This document shows, in pieces, positions 1-9,103 of a DNA stretch of 41,036 nucleotides. Each line of letters opens with the position of its first letter. The first letter of the stretch is position 1. Origin of the DNA: a virus (taxonomy: Duplodnaviria > Heunggongvirae > Uroviricota > Caudoviricetes). Position numbers and translations under genes: made by a program. The DNA lies in the IMG/VR virus record IMGVR_UViG_2778261637_000006; one strand, written 5' to 3'. The notes beneath the pieces were generated by a model, which did no database searches, was not told where the DNA came from, and worked only from the letters and a program-made list of their open reading frames with translations.

Positions 1-573
1 TTACATTTCAGGTTGCGTTATGACAGTCCCAACAGGGTGGTAGCGGTAGATCGTTGACAGTCCAATATCATAGATAATTGCCAGCCGCTTTCTGTCATAC
101 CCTTTCTGGAGCAATCTTGCGATCTGCTCATGCTGCTCCTTCGTCAGTTTCGGGCGACGTCCTCCAACTCTTCCTTGTGCTCGCGCAGCAGCCAGTCCTG
201 CCAGCGTGCGCTCAACTATCAGTTCACGCTCCATTTCTGCCAGTGCACCCATCATATGAAAAAAGAACCTTCCCATCGGAGTGCTGGTATCGATTGAATC
301 CGTCAGACTGCGAAAATTGACACCTTTTGCGCGTAGCTCTTCTGTGAGAGCAATGAGGTGTTTCATTCTTCTACCCAACCGATCCAGCTTCCAGACCACC
401 AATGTATCCCCTCTTTTAAGGCACTTTAAAGCGCGTTTCAGGCCTGGTCGTTCCGACTTGGTTCCGCTCATTTTGTCCTCAAAAATCTGTTCACATCCTG
501 CGCACATTAATGCATTGCGTTGCAAATCTGTGTTTTGGTCATTTGTTGACACACGTATGTAGCCAATCAGCAT
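1..573 (-). CDS. gin: Serine DNA invertase, Gin/Pin/Cin/Hin family
   Basis: 190 aa from internal Met MLIGYIRVSTNDQNTDLQRNAL; conserved resolvase catalytic Ser in VSTNDQ and C-terminal HTH; very close to the Mu Gin and e14 Pin sequences as recalled. The upstream 43 codons of the ORF track are rejected. Confidence 0.9.
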   Translation of the reverse strand: MLIGYIRVSTNDQNTDLQRNALMCAGCEQIFEDKMSGTKSERPGLKRALKCLKRGDTLVVWKLDRLGRRMKHLIALTEELRAKGVNFRSLTDSIDTSTPMGRFFFHMMGALAEMERELIVERTLAGLAAARAQGRVGGRRPKLTKEQHEQIARLLQKGYDRKRLAIIYDIGLSTIYRYHPVGTVITQPEM

Positions 574-628
574 TAAAAATACTCCCTTTTGAGTGGTTAA
601 AGTACTGAGATAATGTGGGGAGGATTTG

Positions 629-850
629 AGAGATAAACGTTGGTTTGGGGGAAGGCTCTGCACTGCCTGTTGGTGTGCCTGTTCCATGGCCCACCGCCAC
701 ACCGCCAGCAGGCTGGTTAAAGTGCGACGGGCGCGCCTTTACAAAAGAACAATATCCTGTTCTGGCCAGAGTCTACCCGACCCTCCGTCTTCCCGATTTG
801 CGCGGTGAGTTTATCCGTGGATGGGACGACGGGCGCAAAGTTGATACGGG
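629..850 (+). repeat. Copy A of a ~215-bp homology block shared by three tail-fibre cassettes; candidate gix/hix-like crossover core at about 629..654
   Basis: Near-identical to 1143..1365 and to the reverse complement of 2570..2784; the start contains AAACGTTGGTTTGGGGGAAGG, resembling the AAACC-NN-GGTTT core of Gin/Hin sites. Confidence 0.5.
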
Positions 851-1148
851 GCGTTCATTGCTAAGTGGTCAGGCTGCAACATTTATTCGTACAGCTTTGC
901 AGGATTATTACGGTTACGATCTGAATACTAATGTCAAAGTAGGTATCGCTTTTGCTACTGCTGATTCTGTTATAACCGTTGGAAACCCAGCTAATCCTAA
1001 AGCAGGAAATAATAGCGATTATGTTCCTGCATCAGCAGATAACTCTATAACGGGTATTCAAAGGACAGCGGAGGATAATTTTACCGGGGCATGGATATCA
1101 ATGCGCCCCCGCAATGTTGCGTTTAATTACATCGTAAGGGCCGCATAA
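645..1148 (+). CDS. Promoterless alternative tail-fibre C-terminal cassette 1
   Basis: Begins with TTG, no SD; first ~70 aa (LGEGSALPVGVPVPWPTATPPAGW...RGWDDGRKVD) match the C-terminal part of the fibre gene, then a divergent ~90 aa tip, ending in conserved RPRNVAFNYIVRAA. Confidence 0.7.
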   Translation: MGEGSALPVGVPVPWPTATPPAGWLKCDGRAFTKEQYPVLARVYPTLRLPDLRGEFIRGWDDGRKVDTGRSLLSGQAATFIRTALQDYYGYDLNTNVKVGIAFATADSVITVGNPANPKAGNNSDYVPASADNSITGIQRTAEDNFTGAWISMRPRNVAFNYIVRAA

Positions 1149-1365
1149 AAACGTTGGTTTGGGGGAAGGCTCTGCATTGCCTGTTGGTGTGCCTGTTCCG
1201 TGGCCCACCGCCACACCGCCAGCAGGCTGGTTACAGTGCAACGGAGCTACGTTCACCAAAGAACAATATCCTGTTCTGGCCAGAGTCTACCCGACCCTCC
1301 GTCTTCCCGATTTACGCGGTGAGTTTATCCGTGGATGGGACGACGGGCGCAAGATTGACGAGGGG
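1143..1365 (+). repeat. Copy B of the homology block; candidate crossover core at about 1143..1168
   Basis: Same AAACGTTGGTTTGGGGGAAGGCTC start and ~200 bp near-identity with copy A. Confidence 0.5.
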
Positions 1366-1632
1366 CGTAAGTTGCTTTCATGGCAGAAAGGTACACTGGT
1401 CGGCGGTCATGACGATAACGATTCTTCGCTGGATATCTCGTACATGAGTAACGGAAATAATATTGACTATGGCGGCGATAAGGTGTTTGCGGGGAATTAC
1501 CGTAGCGATTATTTGTGGTACGCAATTCTGGGTGGAACAAACAGTCGCGCAAAAGCCGAATTAAACGGAGCATTCTTTAACATAACCCGCCCCCGCAATA
1601 TCGCGTTTAACTATATCGTGAGGGCGGCGTGA
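1159..1632 (+). CDS. Promoterless alternative tail-fibre C-terminal cassette 2
   Basis: TTG start, shared N-terminal 70 aa, distinct tip, conserved end RPRNIAFNYIVRAA. Confidence 0.7.
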   Translation: MGEGSALPVGVPVPWPTATPPAGWLQCNGATFTKEQYPVLARVYPTLRLPDLRGEFIRGWDDGRKIDEGRKLLSWQKGTLVGGHDDNDSSLDISYMSNGNNIDYGGDKVFAGNYRSDYLWYAILGGTNSRAKAELNGAFFNITRPRNIAFNYIVRAA

Positions 1633-1638
1633 TACCGT

Positions 1639-2253
1639 TCAGCTGGCAAGTGCCAGTGGCGCTTCCGGCCAGCTGATTTCAGGTGCCGTGCTGATATCCA
1701 GTGCGTTCAGCTCGTCGATATAATCCAGCACGGCGTTCAGTTTTGCCGTTTCTTCTGGTGTCAGACTGCGACCAGCACGCAGTTTGAGGTTGATAAGATC
1801 GACGGACGCCATCGCCTGTTTCACCCGTTGCTGGCGTTGCTGTCTGGCAACCTCCAGTTCTGCGGCTCGCTGCCGTTCAGTATCGGTTACCCACGCCTCA
1901 CCGTTCCAGGTATCCCATGGCGTGGCCGGCTGTTTTGTGGTGGTGTCCGCCGGGTAATCACCCGGTTGGGTAATCAGAACGGGGTTACCGTTCTCCGTGC
2001 TGTATACCGTCTCGCCGCGGTGATCAGGCACATGCTCCCACCCGTTCAGCGTGGCAGTCCGGCAAACCACGTAACCCGAAATTGCCTCCGGCGGTGCATC
2101 GGCGCACGAATGTGCCGGAGTACCCACCCCAAGGGCGAGATACTCCACAGAGGATGAGGTGTATTCCCGGGTTTCCTCGTCATAGTGATATACAGTGATC
2201 TCGCCCGCTACAGTGGCGATACCGTTTTCATCCAGAACTGCAGTGTTACTCAT
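1639..2253 (-). CDS. Tail-fibre assembly protein (Mu U / Tfa family)
   Basis: 204 aa immediately downstream of the fibre gene with 1-nt overlap; Tfa-like N-terminus MSNTAVLDENG and C-terminal region. Confidence 0.8.
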   Translation of the reverse strand: MSNTAVLDENGIATVAGEITVYHYDEETREYTSSSVEYLALGVGTPAHSCADAPPEAISGYVVCRTATLNGWEHVPDHRGETVYSTENGNPVLITQPGDYPADTTTKQPATPWDTWNGEAWVTDTERQRAAELEVARQQRQQRVKQAMASVDLINLKLRAGRSLTPEETAKLNAVLDYIDELNALDISTAPEISWPEAPLALAS

Positions 2254-4190
2254 TAAACTGCCCTCACAATGTAATTAAGTGCAATGCTACGGGGTCTGAC
2301 AGTGATACCCTTCGCATACCCGCTTCTGATAGAGGTCAGAATAGTAGCCTGCATACCATTGTCTGACATTGCCACGACAGGATCGCTGAATGTTGTCCCG
2401 TCCGGCATTTTAAAGCTGCCCTCACGAAGGTCTGTAATGGAATCTTCATTGTTGAATCCCATGCCGACTATCCCCGAGGTTCCCGTAGTGTCCTGGTTAT
2501 AATAATCCAGCATTGCTGTTCTTAACAGCGTTGCCCCTTGTGCGGACAGCAACTTACGTCCTGTATCAACTTTGCGCCCGTCGTCCCATCCACGGATAAA
2601 CTCACCGCGTAAATCGGGAAGACGGAGGGTCGGGTAGACTCTGGCCAGAACAGGATATTGTTCTTTTGTAAAGGCGCGCCCGTCGCACTTTAACCAGCCT
2701 GCTGGCGGTGTGGCGGTGGGCCACGGAACAGGCACACCAACGGGTAGCGCCGAGCCTTCTCCTAAACCAAGGTAATTGAGGACATCTTTTATACTGCCCT
2801 TAGCGATAATAGCGCGACCAATAGCTGTAAGGGTTGCCAGCGCTGCGCGGTCTGCTCCGGTAAAATAAGGCAACCGATCTGCTGCAGTGGCAAGTCCTGC
2901 CAGAGCAGTGAGCGTGGCATCTGCCGGTTGTTTTCCGTTTGCCAGATCGTATGCAGCCTTGACCGCTTTCGGTGTGGCGGCCAGTATTTCAGACGTGCTG
3001 TTGATGGCACTGCTCAATTGTATGGTGCCTTTTGCCGTCAGCGAGGCAGCAGGCACTCCCGTTATCTGACTCCACGGGTGAGTGTGGCTGACGGGCGCCT
3101 TGCCGGCTGCAAGGTCGTATGCAGCCTTGACCGCCTTCGGCGTGGCAGCCTCAGTTTCTGATTGACTGTCCGTGGCGCTGCTCAGTTGTACGGTGCCTTT
3201 TGCCGTCAGCGAGGCAGCAGGCACTCCCGTTATCTGACTCCACGGGTGAGTGTGGCTGACGGGGGCCTTGCCGGCAGCCAGGTCATATGCAGCCTTGACG
3301 GCCTTTGGTGTGGCGGCCAGCGTTTCAGAGGTGCTGTTGGTGGCACTGCTCAGTTGTACGATCCCTTTACGGGTCGTTGTTGCATCCTGGGCTGTGTATT
3401 TTCCCCGGGCCAGATCATACGCGATTTTCACAGCCTTCGGCGTGGCAGCCTCAGTTTCTGATTGACTGTCCGTGGCGCTGCTCAGTTGTACGGTGCCTTT
3501 TGCCGTCAGCGAGGCAGCAGGCACTCCCGTTATCTGACTCCACGGGTGAGTGTGGCTGACGGGGGCCTTGCCGGCAGCCAGGTCATATGCAGCCTTGACG
3601 GCCTTTGGTGTGGCGGCCAGCGTTTCAGAGGTGCTGTTGGTGGCACTGCTCAGTTGTACGATCCCTTTACGGGTCGTTGTTGCATCCTGGGCTGTGTATT
3701 TTCCCCGGGCCAGATCATACGCGATTTTCACAGCCTTCGGCGTGGCAGCCTCAGTTTCTGATTGACTGTCCGTGGCACTGCTCAGCTGTACGGTGCCTTT
3801 TGCCGTCAGCGAGGCAGCAGGCACTCCCGTTATCTGACTCCACGGGTGAGTGTGACTGACGGGTGCCTTGCCGGCTGCAAGGTCGTATGCAGCCTTGACG
3901 GCTTTTGGTGTGGCGGCCAGCGTTTCAGAGGTGCTGTTGGTGGCACTGCTCAGTTGGGTGAACCCCTTAGCTGTCAGTGTCGCGTCCGGGTGGTTACGGG
4001 AACGTACGTGTTCAGCCAGTGACTGTGCGGCTTCCTCCGTTTTTTTCTTCAGCCATTTCGTCCTGTTTGCCAGTTGCCGGGGGGCTCGATTTGATATCCC
4101 GTCAGCACCACCCAGAACCGGATCTGATGTCTCCAGTTGATAGATTTTTTCTTCCCACTTTTCTGTTTCATTCAGGTTTCCCATAATCAA
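2253..4190 (-). CDS. Tail fibre protein (Mu S-like) with internal repeats; currently fused variable tip
   Basis: 645 aa; repeated ~100-aa units (TAKGTVQLSSATDSQSETEAATPKAVK...); C-terminal 170 aa begins with the shared LGEGSALPVG block. Confidence 0.9.
   Translation of the reverse strand: MIMGNLNETEKWEEKIYQLETSDPVLGGADGISNRAPRQLANRTKWLKKKTEEAAQSLAEHVRSRNHPDATLTAKGFTQLSSATNSTSETLAATPKAVKAAYDLAAGKAPVSHTHPWSQITGVPAASLTAKGTVQLSSATDSQSETEAATPKAVKIAYDLARGKYTAQDATTTRKGIVQLSSATNSTSETLAATPKAVKAAYDLAAGKAPVSHTHPWSQITGVPAASLTAKGTVQLSSATDSQSETEAATPKAVKIAYDLARGKYTAQDATTTRKGIVQLSSATNSTSETLAATPKAVKAAYDLAAGKAPVSHTHPWSQITGVPAASLTAKGTVQLSSATDSQSETEAATPKAVKAAYDLAAGKAPVSHTHPWSQITGVPAASLTAKGTIQLSSAINSTSEILAATPKAVKAAYDLANGKQPADATLTALAGLATAADRLPYFTGADRAALATLTAIGRAIIAKGSIKDVLNYLGLGEGSALPVGVPVPWPTATPPAGWLKCDGRAFTKEQYPVLARVYPTLRLPDLRGEFIRGWDDGRKVDTGRKLLSAQGATLLRTAMLDYYNQDTTGTSGIVGMGFNNEDSITDLREGSFKMPDGTTFSDPVVAMSDNGMQATILTSIRSGYAKGITVRPRSIALNYIVRAV
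2570..2784 (-). repeat. Copy C of the homology block, inverted relative to A and B, inside the fibre gene; candidate crossover core at about 2759..2784
   Basis: Reverse complement reads CCTTGGTTTAGGAGAAGGCTC followed by ~190 bp near-identical to copy A. Confidence 0.5.
2860..3960. repeat. Tandem direct repeat, 300-bp unit, about 3.5 copies, in-frame in the fibre gene
   Basis: Identical stretches at 3121, 3421 and 3721 (cagccttcggcgtggcagcctcagtttctgattgactgtccgtggc); shadow ORFs 3162..3461 and 3462..3761 are identical. Confidence 0.85.
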
Positions 4191-4765
4191 CTGCTCCCGT
4201 GGTTATAACTGCCATCATGGATGGCGGTATTGTTATAGCGAATGGCCACAGACTGATACTCCAGGCTGGCCAGATGGCAGCGGGCCGGTGCAAATGCAGC
4301 GAGCGTCTGACGCAGCATCGCGGCCTGATCGTTAGTAATGGGCTGTTTCAGAATAACGCGATAAACCGCCCAGGCGGCTGCATCTCCATGAACAAACAGT
4401 CCGTTATAGCTGCGATTGCCGTCGTAACTGAGACGACCTGTGCCTTCAATCAGATCCACTTCACCAAAGCCAAAACGGCGGATAACTTCCCGGATTGACC
4501 ACGGCGTCCCTTTATACCGGTGTAGTTCGATGGCTGCTTTTATAAGCATGCGGCGAACATCGTCCGATTCCGCCAGCTCCCAGCCATCGCCAGACAGTGA
4601 GAACTGCTCGCCCAGCCATGGCAGCGCAGAACTGTCGACGATATCGACGAGAAAGACCATCAGTACGCTCAGGTCGATGTTATCCAGCCGCCCTGCCAGT
4701 CTTCCCAGCGTCCTGAGACTGATATCACCCTCAAGCGGTGGCGGGAGTTGTAATGGCTCAGTCAT
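4187..4765 (-). CDS. Baseplate/tail protein (P2 gpI-like, Mu gp48-like)
   Basis: Position between the baseplate J-like gene and the fibre gene; ATG at 4765 chosen over upstream GTG. Confidence 0.7.
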   Translation of the reverse strand: MTEPLQLPPPLEGDISLRTLGRLAGRLDNIDLSVLMVFLVDIVDSSALPWLGEQFSLSGDGWELAESDDVRRMLIKAAIELHRYKGTPWSIREVIRRFGFGEVDLIEGTGRLSYDGNRSYNGLFVHGDAAAWAVYRVILKQPITNDQAAMLRQTLAAFAPARCHLASLEYQSVAIRYNNTAIHDGSYNHGSS

Positions 4766-5861
4766 CAGACACTCCACTCATGTTAAGTGTGATCGCCGTA
4801 CAGTTTGCCCATTCGTTTTCTGCCACCACCCTCAGTGCCGGTGTCACCAGTTCAACCTGGTACACCCCGGAAACGGACAATGCACTGATAATCTGGCTGG
4901 GGACAATATCACGCCCCAGCGTGGCGGCACGTGATGCCACCCAGTTCTGTATGGCGCTGTTAGCGGCATCTTTTACAGACCTGGCATCCTGATCACGATA
5001 GATCGTAATCCTGGCTTCAATGGTGTAATCCACCTTCACTGGTGTTTTAGCCCGCACTGTATCAGTGAGTGGCCTGACTTTCTCATCAGAGCAGAAACTC
5101 TCTACCAGCGTGAGAACACCGCCGTCCGGCAGACCGGTACTGAGCAGCGGATACAGATCTACGGTCCCGGGAACCGGGGAAAGCACAGCAACATCGACAA
5201 TGTTGGGATGGGCCTGCATGGCATGAAAGCGGTATGCGCCACGGCTTCCGGCATTGGTGAATGACTCCGGGGCCAGCCTGATACGCTCCCGGAGCCTGTC
5301 ATCGTCTTCCTGTTCTGAACCGCCGGAACTGGCCGTCAGATTGCTCACCAGCAGGTCGACGTTATCAATCTCATCGAGTAACTGACTGACCTGCGCAGGT
5401 TGCCAGCCGTTACCAGCGGTACCGGGTTCGGTACAGGTGGACGTGACATTGACCAGCAGCAATCCGGCCTTCAGTACCACATCTGTATCGGTGGCAAAAA
5501 TAACGCTGTCGGAAGCGCTGACGCGGGTGCCTGCCGGGATCAGCACATCAATGGTCAGTGCCTCATCCACAGAGAACTGAAGTGTGGTGGTGGCAGGCTG
5601 CGCGGCAAGGCGGTATACACCAACCAGTTCTCCGAGGTAATCAATCATCGGCTCTCGTGAAAAGGCGACCAGATTCTGCTTTGCTGCCTCCTGTACCGCA
5701 ACCCTGACCAGCATTTCGCGATAGGCCCACAGATCAATCAGCAGACGTTCTGCCTGTGCCGGGTACAGCGTTTTGCCGGTATCCGCTTCATACTTCGCAA
5801 TCATTTCTGCCGTGATTTTGTCGGCATCGCGTTCAATAAAATCGGGTTCTGTCAGCGCCAT
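4758..5861 (-). CDS. Baseplate J-like protein (Mu gp47 / P2 gpJ family)
   Basis: 367 aa, typical N-terminus MALTEPDFIERDADKITAEMIAKYE; conserved position. Confidence 0.85.
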   Translation of the reverse strand: MALTEPDFIERDADKITAEMIAKYEADTGKTLYPAQAERLLIDLWAYREMLVRVAVQEAAKQNLVAFSREPMIDYLGELVGVYRLAAQPATTTLQFSVDEALTIDVLIPAGTRVSASDSVIFATDTDVVLKAGLLLVNVTSTCTEPGTAGNGWQPAQVSQLLDEIDNVDLLVSNLTASSGGSEQEDDDRLRERIRLAPESFTNAGSRGAYRFHAMQAHPNIVDVAVLSPVPGTVDLYPLLSTGLPDGGVLTLVESFCSDEKVRPLTDTVRAKTPVKVDYTIEARITIYRDQDARSVKDAANSAIQNWVASRAATLGRDIVPSQIISALSVSGVYQVELVTPALRVVAENEWANCTAITLNMSGVSDD

Positions 5862-6199
5862 AGCAACTCCTGAGTCCGGGTCTGTCCGTCTGAGCCTTTC
5901 CAGCTCACCCGGAGCGTAAGATGTTCGCCGTCGACGGCGGGTTTAACTGACATAAGCTGGCAGCGGGGCTCCCAGCGTCGGATGGCATCGACGGATTCGC
6001 GCACCACATGCGGAATGGCCCGGTCTACAGGCCAGTCGATATAAAGATGCAGATTGCTGCCGAACTCCGGGCGATGCGGGTCGCTGCCGCGGGGAGTCCG
6101 CAGGATAATTTGAATCGCCTGCCGGATATCATCCAGCCCCCGGACAATTTCGCCGGGAGCCTGCAGGGTCGGTTGCCAGAATACTGAGGTTGTTTTCAT
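5852..6199 (-). CDS. Baseplate protein, GPW/gp25-like (Mu gp46)
   Basis: 115 aa; gp25-like motifs (IRQAIQIILRTPRGSDPHRPEFGSNL). Confidence 0.85.
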   Translation of the reverse strand: MKTTSVFWQPTLQAPGEIVRGLDDIRQAIQIILRTPRGSDPHRPEFGSNLHLYIDWPVDRAIPHVVRESVDAIRRWEPRCQLMSVKPAVDGEHLTLRVSWKGSDGQTRTQELLWR

Positions 6200-6253
6200 G
6201 GGGGCAGTATTGCCCCCGTGCGGGAACGCTGATATTAAAGGCGTTTAAAAAGC

Positions 6254-6850
6254 TCAGTGGGAGTGGTGGCTGGAGTTTTCGCCATCAGACAACATACTGC
6301 CCGTGGCATGGGCATTCCCTTTAATCTCGATATTGCCATGGATGGTCGCGGTAACACCTTCACCACCAGAACCCGCCATGCCTCCTTCGTAAATCAGCTT
6401 ACCCCTGACACGCAGATCTCCGGTAAGTTCGGTTTCCGGTGCGTCAATCGTGGCTTTCTGTGTTTTCAATACCACATCAGCACCACACTCAATGACAATA
6501 TGCTCAATGCCGCCCCGGATGATCAGAGTGTGCGTCTTCCGGTTGTAGCTGTACTCTGCACCATCAGCAAACCGGGTTCCCCGGATATTTTTGTCACTGA
6601 ACGGTGGTTTATCGACGTCTGAATACACCGCGCCCAGAATAACACCATCCTCGCCGTTGGCATCGAGCAGCACCTCAACCTGCTCCCCCACGTCAGGGAG
6701 CCAGTAATCTTTGTTATCCTGGGTATTGCGCTGCAGCACGTTAAGCCAGTTTGTGCGCAGGTTATCGCATTCAGGCAGACGAACGCGGGCCTGAACCCTG
6801 TCGGCATCAACGGCACTGACCGTACCGACCTGACGAGTGACACCAGTCAT
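6254..6850 (-). CDS. Baseplate spike/assembly protein V-like (Mu gp45)
   Basis: 198 aa; gpV-like N-terminus (VGTVSAVDADRVQARVRL). Confidence 0.8.
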   Translation of the reverse strand: MTGVTRQVGTVSAVDADRVQARVRLPECDNLRTNWLNVLQRNTQDNKDYWLPDVGEQVEVLLDANGEDGVILGAVYSDVDKPPFSDKNIRGTRFADGAEYSYNRKTHTLIIRGGIEHIVIECGADVVLKTQKATIDAPETELTGDLRVRGKLIYEGGMAGSGGEGVTATIHGNIEIKGNAHATGSMLSDGENSSHHSH

Positions 6851-8019
6851 TTTTTCTTCTCTCTTATTACTGTGGACGTGCTGCCGTCCGGTTTATAGAT
6901 GGTCAGCATCCGGGTTTTGCCGATTTTTTTACCTTTCTTCGCCTTGCCCTGTGTGATCGGCCCCCGTGCCACTTCCAGCTCTGTGGTGTAGCCGCTGTTA
7001 CGGTCAAACGCATGGCGGGCAGTGGTTATGAGCCATGGCCCGGATAACTGCCCAAAACCCACCAGTTCAATTTTGTTGCCTGCTGTCAGTTGAGGTGTTC
7101 CCGTCAGCGTCAGGGAGCCGTTCTGCTGGTATTCGTTATGTCTGGCCAGTGCTGAATCCGCTTTAATCCGGGCACTGTCCGGGTCGCTGACGCGGCTGTT
7201 AACTTTAAGTGAGTCAGCGCTGGTAACCTTACCACCTTTGAGCTTTTTGTCGCTTTCACGGGTACCACCATCAGCTTCGTAGACGATCAGTTTTTTACTG
7301 CTGCTTTTCTGGTGTTTTACCTTTGCAGATTTATAGACCCGGTTGATGGTGTCACGCAGGGAAAAGCGGGCCACATCCTGCGGTTTTAACTGCCTGACCG
7401 GCTCCTGACTGCGCAGTGTGGCCAGATGAGAAAAAATCAGCTGGTCACTGACCACTTTCACTGCATAACCATACTCGCTGGCCAGCCGGCGCAGAAAACC
7501 CACGTCGGTTTCAGCATACTGGGTCACCCGGTCGATTCTGATGGACTCAATGCTGCCCACCAGTTTCAGCCGGTGCTTTCTGGCAATCCGCCCCGCAACA
7601 GCTGCCAGCGTGGTGTTCTCAAAACCACGACTGGTTTTAGTCCGCAGGGCACTGTTAACCGAGGTGGCCACCCCACGGATAGAAACAACGGAAGCGGGCG
7701 AACTCACTTCGATCTCGTCTATAGAGAACGTACCGCAGGACAGCAGCTTCTCGTCCTGATAGCCCATTTTCAGCGTCAGCGTGTCACCCTTGCCCGGATA
7801 CCACTTATCCAGCCAGCGGCCATCGGTGTCGTCCAGCTCCACCTCAATGGTATCGGACTCATTTTTGATGTTATCGCTCCAGGTCACACGGGTGACATAA
7901 GGCGCGATATCAGAGGTGATGTTTTTCTGCAGATACCACAGAGTGAACACCGGTGTCAGCACATCGCTGACGCCGGTTAACGCTGATGTGACTTGCGCAG
8001 TGCTGTTTATCTCAGCCAT
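6847..8019 (-). CDS. Baseplate hub protein (P2 gpD-like, Mu gp44/P)
   Basis: 390 aa; conserved position upstream of V/W/J. Confidence 0.8.
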   Translation of the reverse strand: MAEINSTAQVTSALTGVSDVLTPVFTLWYLQKNITSDIAPYVTRVTWSDNIKNESDTIEVELDDTDGRWLDKWYPGKGDTLTLKMGYQDEKLLSCGTFSIDEIEVSSPASVVSIRGVATSVNSALRTKTSRGFENTTLAAVAGRIARKHRLKLVGSIESIRIDRVTQYAETDVGFLRRLASEYGYAVKVVSDQLIFSHLATLRSQEPVRQLKPQDVARFSLRDTINRVYKSAKVKHQKSSSKKLIVYEADGGTRESDKKLKGGKVTSADSLKVNSRVSDPDSARIKADSALARHNEYQQNGSLTLTGTPQLTAGNKIELVGFGQLSGPWLITTARHAFDRNSGYTTELEVARGPITQGKAKKGKKIGKTRMLTIYKPDGSTSTVIREKKK

Positions 8020-8222
8020 GGGGCAATATCCTCTTCTGTACGGGCTTCTTCAGCCTCAATCACCGGGATCAGTAACAACAGCCCGGAGGGCAGCACCGGC
8101 GTGATGGCCACGTGCGGATTGGCGGCAATAATCCGGGGATAGCCCAGCGGGTCACCGTAGTACTGCCATGCCAGCGAATCCCAGCGCTCTCCGTCACGGG
8201 TAACATGTTCAAGAAACATCAC
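8007..8222 (-). CDS. Tail protein X-like (LysM-like small tail protein)
   Basis: 71 aa; pattern DSLAWQYYGDP...IIAANP...LLLLIPV typical of P2 gpX-like proteins. Confidence 0.7.
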   Translation of the reverse strand: MMFLEHVTRDGERWDSLAWQYYGDPLGYPRIIAANPHVAITPVLPSGLLLLIPVIEAEEARTEEDIAPWLR

Positions 8223-9103
8223 ACACTCCTCGTCAGTATTCTGGCGGCCATTGCACTTAATCCCGGAGACATGCGGTTGAATGCTGTTCCGACGGCGTTA
8301 AGCTGCCCGGAAACGGTATCCAGAGCACCTGCAATATTTCTTTTGTCCACACCACTCAGCGCAGACTGTGCCTGCTGTACATACGTGGCTGCTTCGCTGG
8401 CTGTTCTGGCCAGACTGATGGCATCGGGCATGGATTCAGAGAGTGCGTTAAACGCCGGAACACTTTTCCCCAGAGCCCCGGAGATATTACCCAGTCCGCT
8501 CATCAGCCCCGGCACACGGGTCAGTGCGACAACGGGGTTATCCTTCATTTTCTGTGTCACCCGAACGGCGCTGATAGTGGTCTGGAGTACAGACTGCGCC
8601 TGTTTCGCATAGTTGACGCCGTTGCGGATGAACTGCGCCACCCCGGAAGGTGAAGGAATGGCACCGGAGACCGCCCCGACACCCGGGAGCTTCGTGCGTA
8701 TTGCCGGTGGTTGCAGAGGATTTTTCGGGTCACCGGTGTATTCCCGGAGAGACACGGTGGCACTGACAGCCAGCACGTTGCCGGTACTGTCAGTCTGCTC
8801 GCTGGTTGCAGTCACATCGGTAATCACGAACCAGCCGCGATAGTCACCGTTGCCGAAGACCAGCGCCAGTGCCTGATGGGCTTTCATGGCTGTTCGCAGT
8901 CTCGCCAGCTCCACATCGGGTACACAATAATGCTGATGGAAAACCAGAGTTATCTGGATTTCGTCCAGCCTGTCGCCGACGAACTGCAGGCCAGGCTTAC
9001 CCCCGATGCGGGCATGCTCCGCATAATCGACGCCGAACGTGGCCTCGAAGCCGTCCCAGTAGGTAATCAGCTCAAACTCAATATCACCCAGTACGGCAAA
9101 CAT
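8219..9103 (-). CDS. Tail protein, P2 gpU-like / Mu N (DNA circulation) family
   Basis: 294 aa; N-terminus GDIEFELI...HARIGGKPGLQFVGDRLDEI resembles gpU family; directly downstream of tape measure. Confidence 0.7.
   Translation of the reverse strand: MFAVLGDIEFELITYWDGFEATFGVDYAEHARIGGKPGLQFVGDRLDEIQITLVFHQHYCVPDVELARLRTAMKAHQALALVFGNGDYRGWFVITDVTATSEQTDSTGNVLAVSATVSLREYTGDPKNPLQPPAIRTKLPGVGAVSGAIPSPSGVAQFIRNGVNYAKQAQSVLQTTISAVRVTQKMKDNPVVALTRVPGLMSGLGNISGALGKSVPAFNALSESMPDAISLARTASEAATYVQQAQSALSGVDKRNIAGALDTVSGQLNAVGTAFNRMSPGLSAMAARILTRSV

Noticed and set aside
574-702. N-terminal 43-codon extension of the invertase ORF
   Set aside because: Gin/Pin/Cin invertases begin at MLIGY(I/V)RVSTNDQ; the extension has no homology and the internal ATG at 573 gives the canonical 190-aa protein.
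2860-3960. Possible CRISPR array suggested by regular repeats
   Set aside because: Repeat units are 300 bp (and 261 bp at 9690..10480) with no short repeat-spacer structure, and they are in-frame coding repeats of structural proteins.
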